DNA of 61,319 nucleotides. It comes from a virus. The notes under the pieces were generated by a model that was given only the letters and a program-made list of their open reading frames with translations, made no database searches and was not told the DNA's origin. How positions within the stretch are numbered: position 1 is the stretch's first letter; each line of letters starts with the position of its first letter. Below, piece by piece: positions 16,512-24,502 of this stretch. The translations under genes were made by a program, and so were the position numbers. The stretch is from IMG/VR virus record IMGVR_UViG_3300050821_006531. One strand, given 5' to 3'.

Positions 16512-16754
16512 ATGACCTGGGGAAAAACACCTCCACCTTGTCCGAACTGTGGTGGCGTTGTGTACGTGGGGATCATGTCCCTGAAAGCAACATGCGAAGG
16601 CCCGGACAAGGAATCCAACTATTGCGGCTACTGGTGGGATGACGTGAATCATACTTGGAACCATCCCTTGGCAAGGCTGGAGACTGCTGACTTTACCGAA
16701 AGTGAGAGTCTCTGGGTGGCTGCGTTCAGGAAGCAGGTAGGGGGTTTAGTGTGA
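16512..16754 (+). CDS. Hypothetical zinc-ribbon protein
   Basis: Contains CPNCGG...C...C. 80 aa, with an RBS (GAGGAG) upstream. Confidence 0.55.
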   Translation: MTWGKTPPPCPNCGGVVYVGIMSLKATCEGPDKESNYCGYWWDDVNHTWNHPLARLETADFTESESLWVAAFRKQVGGLV

Positions 16755-16966
16755 CCAAGTTCAGAATCTTTGTTGAAGTCCCCGGCGCGGAGAAGCCCAT
16801 GCAAATGTTTTTCCCCACAGAGAGCACCTGCGAACGTGTTGTCAAGGAGATACTTGTCAAACAGCCAGCGGGCACGCGCGCGCGGATTTACTCGATTGTT
16901 GAGACGTGCGTGCATGACGAGACTGTGCCAGCGCCCGCGCCAGTCATGCTTAAAGCAGGAGCCTGA
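16751..16966 (+). CDS. Hypothetical protein
   Basis: A 71-aa ORF with GTGA coupling. Confidence 0.5.
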   Translation: MTKFRIFVEVPGAEKPMQMFFPTESTCERVVKEILVKQPAGTRARIYSIVETCVHDETVPAPAPVMLKAGA

Positions 16967-18358
16967 GTGTCACGGTGCGCGCTTTGTCCGAACACTCACC
17001 GGCAAGTGCTGCCGGACGGCCCAGAGGACGCCCAAGTCGCGGTTGTCGGCGAAGGTCCCGGCTACTGGGAGAACCGTAACGGCATACCCTTCAGTGGCCC
17101 GAGCGGACAAGAACTAAATCTGACGTACTTGCCACTCGCTGGTCTGACGCGGGAGGGAGTGTTCGTCACAAACGTGCTCCAGTGCCGCTGTGAAGCGAAC
17201 GGTGTGGACCGCAAGCCCAGCGACGAACTCGCCCGAGTCTGCGCGAACAACCACCTGTGGGCCGAGCTTGAGCGCGTCAACCCACGAATTGTAGTTGCGT
17301 GCGGAGCTACAGCGTGCGCTCAGTTCGACGACACGATCAACCTGGAGCTGGAGCATGGGTTTCCAAGACCAGCGAGTCACGGGGACTGGCAAGGGATGCT
17401 CGTGCCGATGTACCACCCGGCGGCAGGACTCCACAAGGGTCGATTCATGATCCCGCAGTTGGCCGACTGGGAGAACCTGGGGAAGTGGATGCGTGGGAAG
17501 TGGCGCGTTCCCGATAGTGGTGACGTGCCGTGGGCTCCCCTGGACTACCAGCTTGTCAGCGGCGGCGTGGAACGGAGCAGCCTTGACCAGTTCCTGGCGC
17601 TCGACACAGAAAGCGACGAGGGCAGACCTTACTCAATTCAATGGTCGAGCAAGGCAAATTCCGGAAGGATGCTGCTGGTGGCGGACAGCCACGCGCTCTC
17701 AGACTTCCGGGAGTACGTTCACAGCCGCAACCCTCTGGTCGTAATGCACAATGTGGTTCACGACCTGGAGACTCTCAGGCAGTTGGGCATACACGTTGAA
17801 CGCTTCCGGGACACCATGCAGGAGTTGTACCACTTGGGTAACCTACCCCAAGGACTCAAAGCCGCTGTCTACCGCGTGTTCGGCTACCGCATGACTTCCT
17901 ATGACGAAGTGGTCACACCACACTCGAAGAACGTGCTTGAGTCCTGGCTCGCCGAAGCGCTCGCTGTAGCGACTGAAATGCGGGAGACTACAGCGCACCC
18001 TGTAGGCCCGGACTGCCCGACTTGTGGCAAGAAGCACCGCAAGGACGTGTCCGTGGACAGGCCGCACGAGGCTGAGTCCGTGCTGCACAGGGTTCTGGGC
18101 AAGCTTGACACGGACTACGACCCATGGAAGCAGCCGTGGTTTGACAAAGGTGTTGAAAAGCGCCGGCTGCTGGGCCAGGACTGGCTGCCCGCGCTTGAGG
18201 GCTGCGTGGGGCGGATGCCAAGGCGTTCGATCGTACATGCGCCACTTGACCGGCAGGTTCAGTACGCGGTTGGGGACGCAGACTGGACTCTGCGTCTGGC
18301 GAACTGGCTGGACAAGGAACGAACCCGCATTGTAGCCGAGGAGTGGGCCGTTGCCTAA
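16967..18358 (+). CDS. Family-4 uracil-DNA glycosylase domain fused to a PolA-type 3'-5' exonuclease domain
   Basis: UDG motifs: GEGPGYWENRNGIPFSGPSGQEL, VFVTNVLQCR, MYHPAAGLH. Exonuclease motifs: LALDTESD (Exo I), VMHNVVHDLETL (Exo II), YAVGDADWTLRL (Exo III). Confidence 0.85.
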   Translation: MSRCALCPNTHRQVLPDGPEDAQVAVVGEGPGYWENRNGIPFSGPSGQELNLTYLPLAGLTREGVFVTNVLQCRCEANGVDRKPSDELARVCANNHLWAELERVNPRIVVACGATACAQFDDTINLELEHGFPRPASHGDWQGMLVPMYHPAAGLHKGRFMIPQLADWENLGKWMRGKWRVPDSGDVPWAPLDYQLVSGGVERSSLDQFLALDTESDEGRPYSIQWSSKANSGRMLLVADSHALSDFREYVHSRNPLVVMHNVVHDLETLRQLGIHVERFRDTMQELYHLGNLPQGLKAAVYRVFGYRMTSYDEVVTPHSKNVLESWLAEALAVATEMRETTAHPVGPDCPTCGKKHRKDVSVDRPHEAESVLHRVLGKLDTDYDPWKQPWFDKGVEKRRLLGQDWLPALEGCVGRMPRRSIVHAPLDRQVQYAVGDADWTLRLANWLDKERTRIVAEEWAVA

Positions 18359-18551
18359 ACCCTGGAGCAGTCAACCGCGCGAAGTGCTCGAAGAGTGGCT
18401 CAAAGCCTGTCTGTGGGTTAAGTACTCGAAGCTGACGGACTGGGAGCGGGACTTTTGCACCTCACTTGAGGATCAACTGGAGCGCCGGGGCACGCTCACC
18501 CAGAAGCAGCAAGAGATTCTCGAACGAATTTACGCGGAGCGTACCGACTAA
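18351..18551 (+). CDS. Hypothetical 66-aa protein between the exonuclease and polymerase ORFs
   Basis: A TTG start overlaps the upstream stop. TAATG coupling to the polymerase ORF. Reads LTDWERDFCTSLEDQLERRGTLTQKQQEILERIY. Confidence 0.45.
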   Translation: MPKPWSSQPREVLEEWLKACLWVKYSKLTDWERDFCTSLEDQLERRGTLTQKQQEILERIYAERTD

Positions 18552-21007
18552 TGGCTCTGTACGCAGGCGTCGAACTTCCCGGTCACCCCGATCCTGTCAA
18601 CGTTGCAAAGCTCGACCGGCTGCCACTACGCATGATCGGCGATATGCAAAGGTTTGGCTTTAAGATTGATCCCCCGCACTTCGCCGAACTGTCGTCGCGG
18701 CTGCAAGCAAGACAGCAAGCTCTGCGCAAAGAAATCGCCAACGAAATCCCACCCAAGGCACTGGACCGGTTTGTCGAGGTGCTGGCCGCAACCGACAACG
18801 AGGACGACGACTCAGACTCAGACGCAGTCGTGGACGACTCCGGCCTGTTCAACGTCGAATCGAGCAAGCGCGTGGCTGAACTACTCTACGACACCCTGCG
18901 CCTGGACCTGACCGCTGGCGTCAAAGTCAAAAAGACCAAGGGCGGGGACCGGCTCTCGACCGGCAAGAAAACCCTGGAGCAACTCAAGCGCGCGCACCCG
19001 GTCGTGCCTCTGATTCTTGAGTACCGTGAGTGTTCAAAGCTTGACGGAACGTATGCGCGAGCGATGCCACGAAGGGCCGTGCTGCACCCCAAGGGACCGG
19101 ACTGCCCCAGGTGCGGGCGCAAGCACTGGGAAGACGAGTGGCGGGTGCACACACAACTATTGACGACTCGCACAGCCACGGGTCGCACCGCGTCGAAGAA
19201 TCCGAACCTCGGCAACATACCCGGTAGGTCCGCACTGGGCCGCGAAATTCGCGCTGGTTTTATTCCGAGTGTTGGACACGTAATCTGCCAGCGCGATTGG
19301 GCACAAATAGAATTGCGATTAATGGCTGACAGGTCCGGTGACTCAACAATGATTGAAGTCTACCAAGCAGACGGAGATATTCACGTACGTACTGCAATGG
19401 GTACGTTTGAAATCTCCGATCCAGAAAAGGTAGATAAATTATTACATAGAGCGCCATCGAAAAATACAAATTTCGCGGTCTGCATAGCCGGTGGTCAAAA
19501 AGTCCTTACTGACCGTGGATTGATTCCCATAGAACGAGTAGGATATCATGATCGTGTATGGGATGGACAAGAATTTGTTTTTCATCAAGGTGTGATCTGC
19601 CAGGGCTTCAAGGAGGTCATCGAGTATGACGGACTCACAGCAACCCCGGACCACAAAGTCTGGCTCAAGGATGGTACCGTTTCGACGCTCGAAGGGGCGC
19701 GTTCAGCCAGACGACAACTTGCTCATACCGAGGTTGGCGGCATTGCCATTAGGTTCCTTGAGACTGAACTTGGACGGAATCCACCGGCGAGGCCCACGTC
19801 GAGAAAAGTGCATCTTCGCGACATGCGTGGAATGTGGACGTACGCGAGAAGTGACGTTGAGCAATTTGTTGCTGAGAAGAACAACGAACTGTACTTGCAA
19901 GAAAACCTATCCAGATCCACGCTCCACAATGCTTTTGAAGAGATGGCAGGCCATCCTTCAGCGATGCAACAACCCAAACAACGAGTCGTACCGAAACTAT
20001 GGAGGACGTGGCATCGAGTGCAAGTTTGGCTCCGCGAAAGAGTTTCTCGACTACGTTTTAAAGAGACTCCCACATCCTTCCTACAAAAAAGTGGACATTG
20101 GCAGGAAGAACAACGACGGCCATTACGAGAAGGGCAATCTACGGCTGGAGACCCGGAGTCAGAACTTACGCAACAGGCGCTCAAATCGGTTCGTGGAGTA
20201 TCGCGGGCGTTTGGTTACGCACGCGGACTTGTACGACCTGCTGAGACGCGACTATCCAGACTTCAAGCTCAGCCTAATACGCACACGCAATTTGGCTGCT
20301 CTTGGGGTTCCGTGGCAGGAAATACTCCAAAGAACCCCACGGAAACATTGGAAAAGGAAGGCAAAAAGTACGCCTGGGTCTTCGATATTCTAAATGCAGG
20401 ACCACGTCGCCGTTTCACCGTATCGGGCCGGCTGGTTAGTAACTGCTACCTCATCACCGGAGCTGGACTGTTGGACCTGATGGCCTCGACGTTCGCGACT
20501 GCTGGCCAACCAATGCCAGACTACATGACTGAGCGCTGGTGCAACGACTTCATTGAGAAGTGGTTTGGGTTGTACCCCGGTGTGAAGAAGTATTTGTCGA
20601 GCGAGGAAGAGAAAGCTCGCAGATACGGGATTGTATGGACAGCGACGGGCAGAGTCCGGCGCATCCCAGAAGCGCGAAGCTGCCACCCTTGGATACAAGA
20701 CGCCGGAGTGCGCCAGGGTTGTAATCACGGTATACAGGGCTATTCGGCGGATCTCATGAAGTTGGCAATGGGAGAATTGGACGAGAGATTAGCGAGCTTG
20801 CGCGAGTACGGAGTACAGTCATTTTGTTTGATGTCAATTTATGATGAATTACTGGTGGAAGCTCCCGAGGATGATGCTTTGACAGTCTCGGCCTGCATGG
20901 AGACTGTTATGGATAATGTTCTATTGGACCGCCAAACAGGCAGTCTTCTCTGCAAGGTTCCAATAAAGTCAGACGGGAGTATTCTTACCAGATGGAACAA
21001 GAACTAG
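18551..21007 (+). CDS. Family-A DNA polymerase, polymerase domain, containing an intein
   Basis: Motif A DWAQIELRLMA. Motif B RAPSKNTNFAV | intein | CYLITGAGL. Motif C MSIYDELLVEAP. Also NHGIQGYSADLMK. Confidence 0.85.
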   Translation: MALYAGVELPGHPDPVNVAKLDRLPLRMIGDMQRFGFKIDPPHFAELSSRLQARQQALRKEIANEIPPKALDRFVEVLAATDNEDDDSDSDAVVDDSGLFNVESSKRVAELLYDTLRLDLTAGVKVKKTKGGDRLSTGKKTLEQLKRAHPVVPLILEYRECSKLDGTYARAMPRRAVLHPKGPDCPRCGRKHWEDEWRVHTQLLTTRTATGRTASKNPNLGNIPGRSALGREIRAGFIPSVGHVICQRDWAQIELRLMADRSGDSTMIEVYQADGDIHVRTAMGTFEISDPEKVDKLLHRAPSKNTNFAVCIAGGQKVLTDRGLIPIERVGYHDRVWDGQEFVFHQGVICQGFKEVIEYDGLTATPDHKVWLKDGTVSTLEGARSARRQLAHTEVGGIAIRFLETELGRNPPARPTSRKVHLRDMRGMWTYARSDVEQFVAEKNNELYLQENLSRSTLHNAFEEMAGHPSAMQQPKQRVVPKLWRTWHRVQVWLRERVSRLRFKETPTSFLQKSGHWQEEQRRPLREGQSTAGDPESELTQQALKSVRGVSRAFGYARGLVRPAETRLSRLQAQPNTHTQFGCSWGSVAGNTPKNPTETLEKEGKKYAWVFDILNAGPRRRFTVSGRLVSNCYLITGAGLLDLMASTFATAGQPMPDYMTERWCNDFIEKWFGLYPGVKKYLSSEEEKARRYGIVWTATGRVRRIPEARSCHPWIQDAGVRQGCNHGIQGYSADLMKLAMGELDERLASLREYGVQSFCLMSIYDELLVEAPEDDALTVSACMETVMDNVLLDRQTGSLLCKVPIKSDGSILTRWNKN
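19481..20443 (+). mobile_element. Intein (321 codons) inserted in PolA motif B
   Basis: Cys1 in CIAGGQKVLTDRGLIPIERV; block B LTATPDHKVWL; blocks F/G VFDILNAGPRRRFTVSGRLVSN followed by the +1 Cys (tgc at 20444). Confidence 0.8.
19626..20393 (+). CDS. +1-frame ORF nested in the intein: homing-endonuclease-associated DNA-binding-like protein
   Basis: 255 codons are open in the +1 frame. Reads CVECGRTREVTLSNLLLRRTTNCTC...RWQAILQRCNNPNNESYRNYGGRGIECKF...DIGRKNNDGHYEKGNLRLETRSQNLRNRR. The true start is uncertain. Confidence 0.6.
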   Translation: MTDSQQPRTTKSGSRMVPFRRSKGRVQPDDNLLIPRLAALPLGSLRLNLDGIHRRGPRREKCIFATCVECGRTREVTLSNLLLRRTTNCTCKKTYPDPRSTMLLKRWQAILQRCNNPNNESYRNYGGRGIECKFGSAKEFLDYVLKRLPHPSYKKVDIGRKNNDGHYEKGNLRLETRSQNLRNRRSNRFVEYRGRLVTHADLYDLLRRDYPDFKLSLIRTRNLAALGVPWQEILQRTPRKHWKRKAKSTPGSSIF

Positions 21008-21537
21008 AACGCTGGCTACCTATACAAGATTGGCCAGACTATGAGGTCTCCAATTTGGGGCGGATCAAAAGCCACCACAACCGGAGCTACAAGAATCACA
21101 TTTTGCGCCCGGTGTTCACGACCAGAAACGGTTATATGAAAGTCACACTTTGTTATAACAGGATTCGCCGTGACGTTCTTGTGCATCGAATAGTGGCGAC
21201 GGCTTTCCTTCGGCCGCCTAAAGCCGGTGAAGAAGCCAATCACAAAAACCTTGATAAGGTGGATAACCGAGCAATCAATCTGGAATGGGTGACTCGCGCG
21301 GAGAATGCTTAACACGCCATGGCGTGGGGTCGTAAGTTCATCCCTTCCTTGCGCTGTCCAGAATGTATGGCTCGTGGAGAATCCAGCGGTCAAAGTAAGT
21401 TGAAGAATCGCCAAGTCCTAAAAATTAGAGAACTGGTGAAAACCGGCATTTCCATGAGCGAAGTGGCACGTAGGTTTTCAGTCAGCCCTCACACCATAAC
21501 TCGCATACGAGACAGAAAAAGTTGGAGACATATTTGA
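20992..21537 (+). pseudogene. HNH (NUMOD4 + HNH_3-type) homing endonuclease with an in-frame TAA
   Basis: WLPIQDWPDYEVSNLGRIKS...VHRIVATAFL...ANHKNLDKVDNRAINLEWVTRAENA, then TAA (21310-21312), then HAMAWGRK...SKLKNRQVLKIRELVKTGISMSEVARRFSVSPHTITRIRDRKSWRHI in the same frame. Confidence 0.75.
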
Positions 21538-21538
21538 A

Positions 21539-21913
21539 ATGGCAATGCGTAAAGACGAAGACCTGTACAACCTAGTCCCCGTGACCGAAACACCCCCGCA
21601 CTGCGCCGCCGAACTCAAGGCGTTGCTGGAGGAGGCTCACTCGCTCAAACTTGCGGTCGCACGGCTGGACGAAATCAAGACTCGTGTCAAAGAGCTTGTG
21701 TACGACAACGGCATTTGCAACGAAGCCGGCCACTTCGGAGTGCGGTCCGGGAGCTTTTGTGTAATGGTGGTGGAGAGAAGTGGACGGAAAACGCTGGACA
21801 GGGAAGCGTTGATTGACAACGGTGTGTCGCCAATGCAGATTGAAGCGAGCATGAAGCAAGGCAAGCCGTCCGTGTCGTGCGAGCTGCACGAGTTGGGCCA
21901 ACGCGGGTGGTGA
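21539..21913 (+). CDS. Hypothetical protein
   Basis: A 124-aa ORF with an ATG start, last gene of the operon. Confidence 0.6.
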   Translation: MAMRKDEDLYNLVPVTETPPHCAAELKALLEEAHSLKLAVARLDEIKTRVKELVYDNGICNEAGHFGVRSGSFCVMVVERSGRKTLDREALIDNGVSPMQIEASMKQGKPSVSCELHELGQRGW

Positions 21914-21930
21914 GCCCCAGGGCTGGGGCT
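21913..21930 (+). terminator. Candidate terminator hairpin
   Basis: agcccca-gggc-tggggct: a 7-bp stem directly at the stop codon, followed by a G-run rather than a T-run. Confidence 0.3.
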
Positions 21931-21955
21931 GGGGGATTGACCCCTCCCCGTTTAC

Positions 21956-21971
21956 CGGTTAAACTTGACAC
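21956..21971 (+). promoter_or_regulatory. GGTTAAACT box abutting the start of the HTH gene (possible leaderless transcript)
   Basis: ccggttaaacttgaca: TAAACT at 21960-21965, ATG at 21972. Confidence 0.4.
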
Positions 21972-22184
21972 ATGAACGACTCAAACGACCCACACCGCCT
22001 CCGGGTCCGCGCCTGGGTACTCGCCAACCACGGCGTGTTCAGTCGCTTGAGCCGTGAACTGGGTGTGTCGGTCGCATTTGTGCAGCGCATTGCCTACGGG
22101 TTGCAGGACTATGGCTCAAAGGACCAGCGGGTCGAACGCAGACTCAGAGCGCTCGGGTGTCCGCTCAAACAAAAAGTCGCGTAG
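21972..22184 (+). CDS. Small HTH DNA-binding protein (candidate regulator)
   Basis: FSRLSRELGVSVAFVQRIAYG is an HTH-like segment. A 70-aa stand-alone gene between two promoter boxes. Confidence 0.55.
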   Translation: MNDSNDPHRLRVRAWVLANHGVFSRLSRELGVSVAFVQRIAYGLQDYGSKDQRVERRLRALGCPLKQKVA

Positions 22185-22197
22185 AACAACTCTTCGC

Positions 22198-22227
22198 TTG
22201 ACTCCAGTCATGTTTCTAGGTTAAACT
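22198..22227 (+). promoter_or_regulatory. Sigma70-like promoter containing the TAGGTTAAACT box
   Basis: TTGACT (22198-22203), 18-nt spacer, TAAACT (22222-22227), embedded in tgtttctaggttaaact. Confidence 0.5.
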
Positions 22228-22264
22228 TTCCTTCGTAGTTAGTTTGGGGTTTGGGAGGACACCA

Positions 22265-22438
22265 GTGCCCAAGTTCCTAGAAACCAAGTTGAAAAGTGAG
22301 TATGGGGCCAACAGCAGCGTCCCGTACAAGATCATGAACAAGATTGGCGCAATGCGCGGCTCCAAAGAGACAGCACTCGGCCAGTCGATGGAGCGAAAAC
22401 ACGAATCCAAGCTCGGGCGGAAACGGAAGGCCAAGTGA
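22265..22438 (+). CDS. Hypothetical small basic protein
   Basis: The GTG at 22265 is preceded by GGAGGA. Reads VPKFLETKLKSEYGANSSVPYKIMNKIGAMRG. Confidence 0.45.
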   Translation: MPKFLETKLKSEYGANSSVPYKIMNKIGAMRGSKETALGQSMERKHESKLGRKRKAK

Positions 22439-22620
22439 GCTTGGGCGACCCACCTGTTGTCACACCTGTTGAAGAAGCGCCGCTCAAGTTGGGCGTGATG
22501 CTGATTTCTATGGCGGCGGTTGCTACCAGCATGTGGAGGCTGTCTTGGGCTGAGCGGCTGGTTGTGTTGTTCACCGGTCGAGTGTACTTGCAGCAGTTAG
22601 TCAGCCCGATCAAACAATGA
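22435..22620 (+). CDS. Hypothetical small protein with one hydrophobic segment
   Basis: A 61-aa ORF with GTGA/ATGA coupling. Contains LGVMLISMAAVATSMW. Confidence 0.4.
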   Translation: MSLGDPPVVTPVEEAPLKLGVMLISMAAVATSMWRLSWAERLVVLFTGRVYLQQLVSPIKQ

Positions 22621-23795
22621 AGCTCACGTACAAGCCCCTCGCCAATCCGCTCCTGATCCTGTCAGACTCACCGTCCCTGCTCTCCGGGCTCTCCCGCGCC
22701 GGTCGCGACATTGCTTCGCTCGCGGCTACGCTCCCACAATTTCGTGTTGGTTACCTGGGTCGAGGCGGTTTCAACCAGCGCAAGTTCCCCTGGCACCAGG
22801 TAGACTTTCCAGAGTCCGCGCAGTGGGGCGAGGGCTACCTTGAACGCGTCTGGAACGATTTCTCGGGCGGCGAACCCGGCGTGATACTGAGCAACTGGGA
22901 CCTCAGCCGACTACTGTGGTTCACGCACCCGCAAGGCACCGGCCTCGAAGCCTTCGCCGGTCCCAACCGGAACTTCCAGAAGTGGGTTTACAGCCCCGTG
23001 GACAGCACTGGCCCCAACGGACAAACGCTCAGTGTGGCCAGCCAAGCCTGCCTGCACGGGTTCGACCGTGCCTGCGTCGCCAGTGAGTTCGGATGCCAAG
23101 TCATGCGAGCGAGTGGCCGCACGGACGCGGACTGGTTGCCGCATGGGCTCTGGTTGGACAAGTTCCACCCATACGCCAACGCGAAGGCGTTGCTGGGTGG
23201 GGACGAGAACGGTGTCTACGTCGGGGCGAACATGACCAACCAGGCCAGGAAAGACATGCCCGCAGCCTTCGAGTGTGCAGCCGCTCTCCGGCAAGAGTAC
23301 GGCAGTAAGTTCAAGTTCTGGCTGCACACCGACGTGCTGGTGCGGTACTGGAACGTGTACGCGCTCGCGGCGGACTACGGAGTGCAGGACTGCCTCGAAG
23401 TCACAACCGAGTTGACGGACGAACAGCTCGCGGTCAGGTACTCGGCCTGTGACTGCACCGTGAACCCAACCGCTGGCGAAGGGTTTTCGTACGTGACAGC
23501 GGAGTCGCAGGCGTGCGGGACAGCCTGCGTGGTCACGGACTACGCGGCGGGCGCGGAGCTGGTCGAGGAAGACTGCCGGGTGCTGCCAGTCGCAATGCGC
23601 GTAGACACGCAGCACAATGTGTTGCGGGCTGTGCTGAGCGGGTATGGGTTTGCGGCAAAGGTCAAGGAGCAGGTGGAGCGTAAGCGCGGGGACTGGGAGT
23701 ACAGGAGTGAGCAGTTAGCAGACAGAGTTTCGTATTTGGGATGGGAAAAGTTGAAGCACCCGTGGACGAAGTGGTTGCTGGAGGGGTTGAAGTGA
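22617..23795 (+). CDS. GT-B fold glycosyltransferase (GT4-like)
   Basis: NPTAGEGFSYVTAESQACGTACVVTDYAAGAELVEE resembles the E-x7-E region of group-1 glycosyltransferases. Confidence 0.6.
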   Translation: MKLTYKPLANPLLILSDSPSLLSGLSRAGRDIASLAATLPQFRVGYLGRGGFNQRKFPWHQVDFPESAQWGEGYLERVWNDFSGGEPGVILSNWDLSRLLWFTHPQGTGLEAFAGPNRNFQKWVYSPVDSTGPNGQTLSVASQACLHGFDRACVASEFGCQVMRASGRTDADWLPHGLWLDKFHPYANAKALLGGDENGVYVGANMTNQARKDMPAAFECAAALRQEYGSKFKFWLHTDVLVRYWNVYALAADYGVQDCLEVTTELTDEQLAVRYSACDCTVNPTAGEGFSYVTAESQACGTACVVTDYAAGAELVEEDCRVLPVAMRVDTQHNVLRAVLSGYGFAAKVKEQVERKRGDWEYRSEQLADRVSYLGWEKLKHPWTKWLLEGLK

Positions 23796-24502
23796 CAGAG
23801 ACCAAACTGGACATTCAGGCATTCATTGTCGCTGCGGACAATTATACAGGTCCGAGTGTTGTTCCGTACCCGGTTCGAATTCGGAATAATCCAAACAATG
23901 AAGTCTCACCCTGTGCTGTCTACCAGAGAATCCTACAAGAAGAAACGTGTGACATTCTGGTATACCTACACTCAGACCTCACCATCCACGATCCAACTTG
24001 GATGACTCGGCTCGAAGCCATCTTCACCAACCCCAACTGCGTCGTGGCCGGCCTCGGTGGCGCGACCGCCCTGGGCCACCCCGACATCTACCGCAAGCCC
24101 TATGAACTCCAACAACTCGCTCGCTACGGCTACGCAAGTAACCAGTCCGACTGGCAAGTCCACGGCTCGCACGAAGCCGGTATCAAACGAGTCGCCGTAC
24201 TGGACGCTTTCCTGCTGGCCGTACGCAGGGACTGGTTGCTGGACGTAGGAGGCTGGCCCACCGAACACTTGACCTTTCACTGCCTCGACACATGGCTCGC
24301 GTGTGAAGCCGCGCGCCAGGGCAAGGAGACTTGGATGGTCGGGGTGCCGTGTCACCACGCAGGTGGAGGCACGAGCGTGACAGAGTCGTATGCAAAGGCC
24401 AAGTGGTTACAGGGCAACTCGGTTGAAGAGGATCACCGCCGTCCGCACGCCTTTCTGTACCACGAGTATCGAGACGTGCTGCCTCTGAGGGTACCTGAAT
24501 GA
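23792..24502 (+). CDS. GT-A-like glycosyltransferase family protein
   Basis: ILVYLHSDLTIHDPTW...VVAGLGGA...VAVLDAFLLAVRRDW...FHCLDTWLACEA...CHHAGGG follows the pattern of stand-alone GT2-like enzymes. Confidence 0.5.
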   Translation: MTETKLDIQAFIVAADNYTGPSVVPYPVRIRNNPNNEVSPCAVYQRILQEETCDILVYLHSDLTIHDPTWMTRLEAIFTNPNCVVAGLGGATALGHPDIYRKPYELQQLARYGYASNQSDWQVHGSHEAGIKRVAVLDAFLLAVRRDWLLDVGGWPTEHLTFHCLDTWLACEAARQGKETWMVGVPCHHAGGGTSVTESYAKAKWLQGNSVEEDHRRPHAFLYHEYRDVLPLRVPE

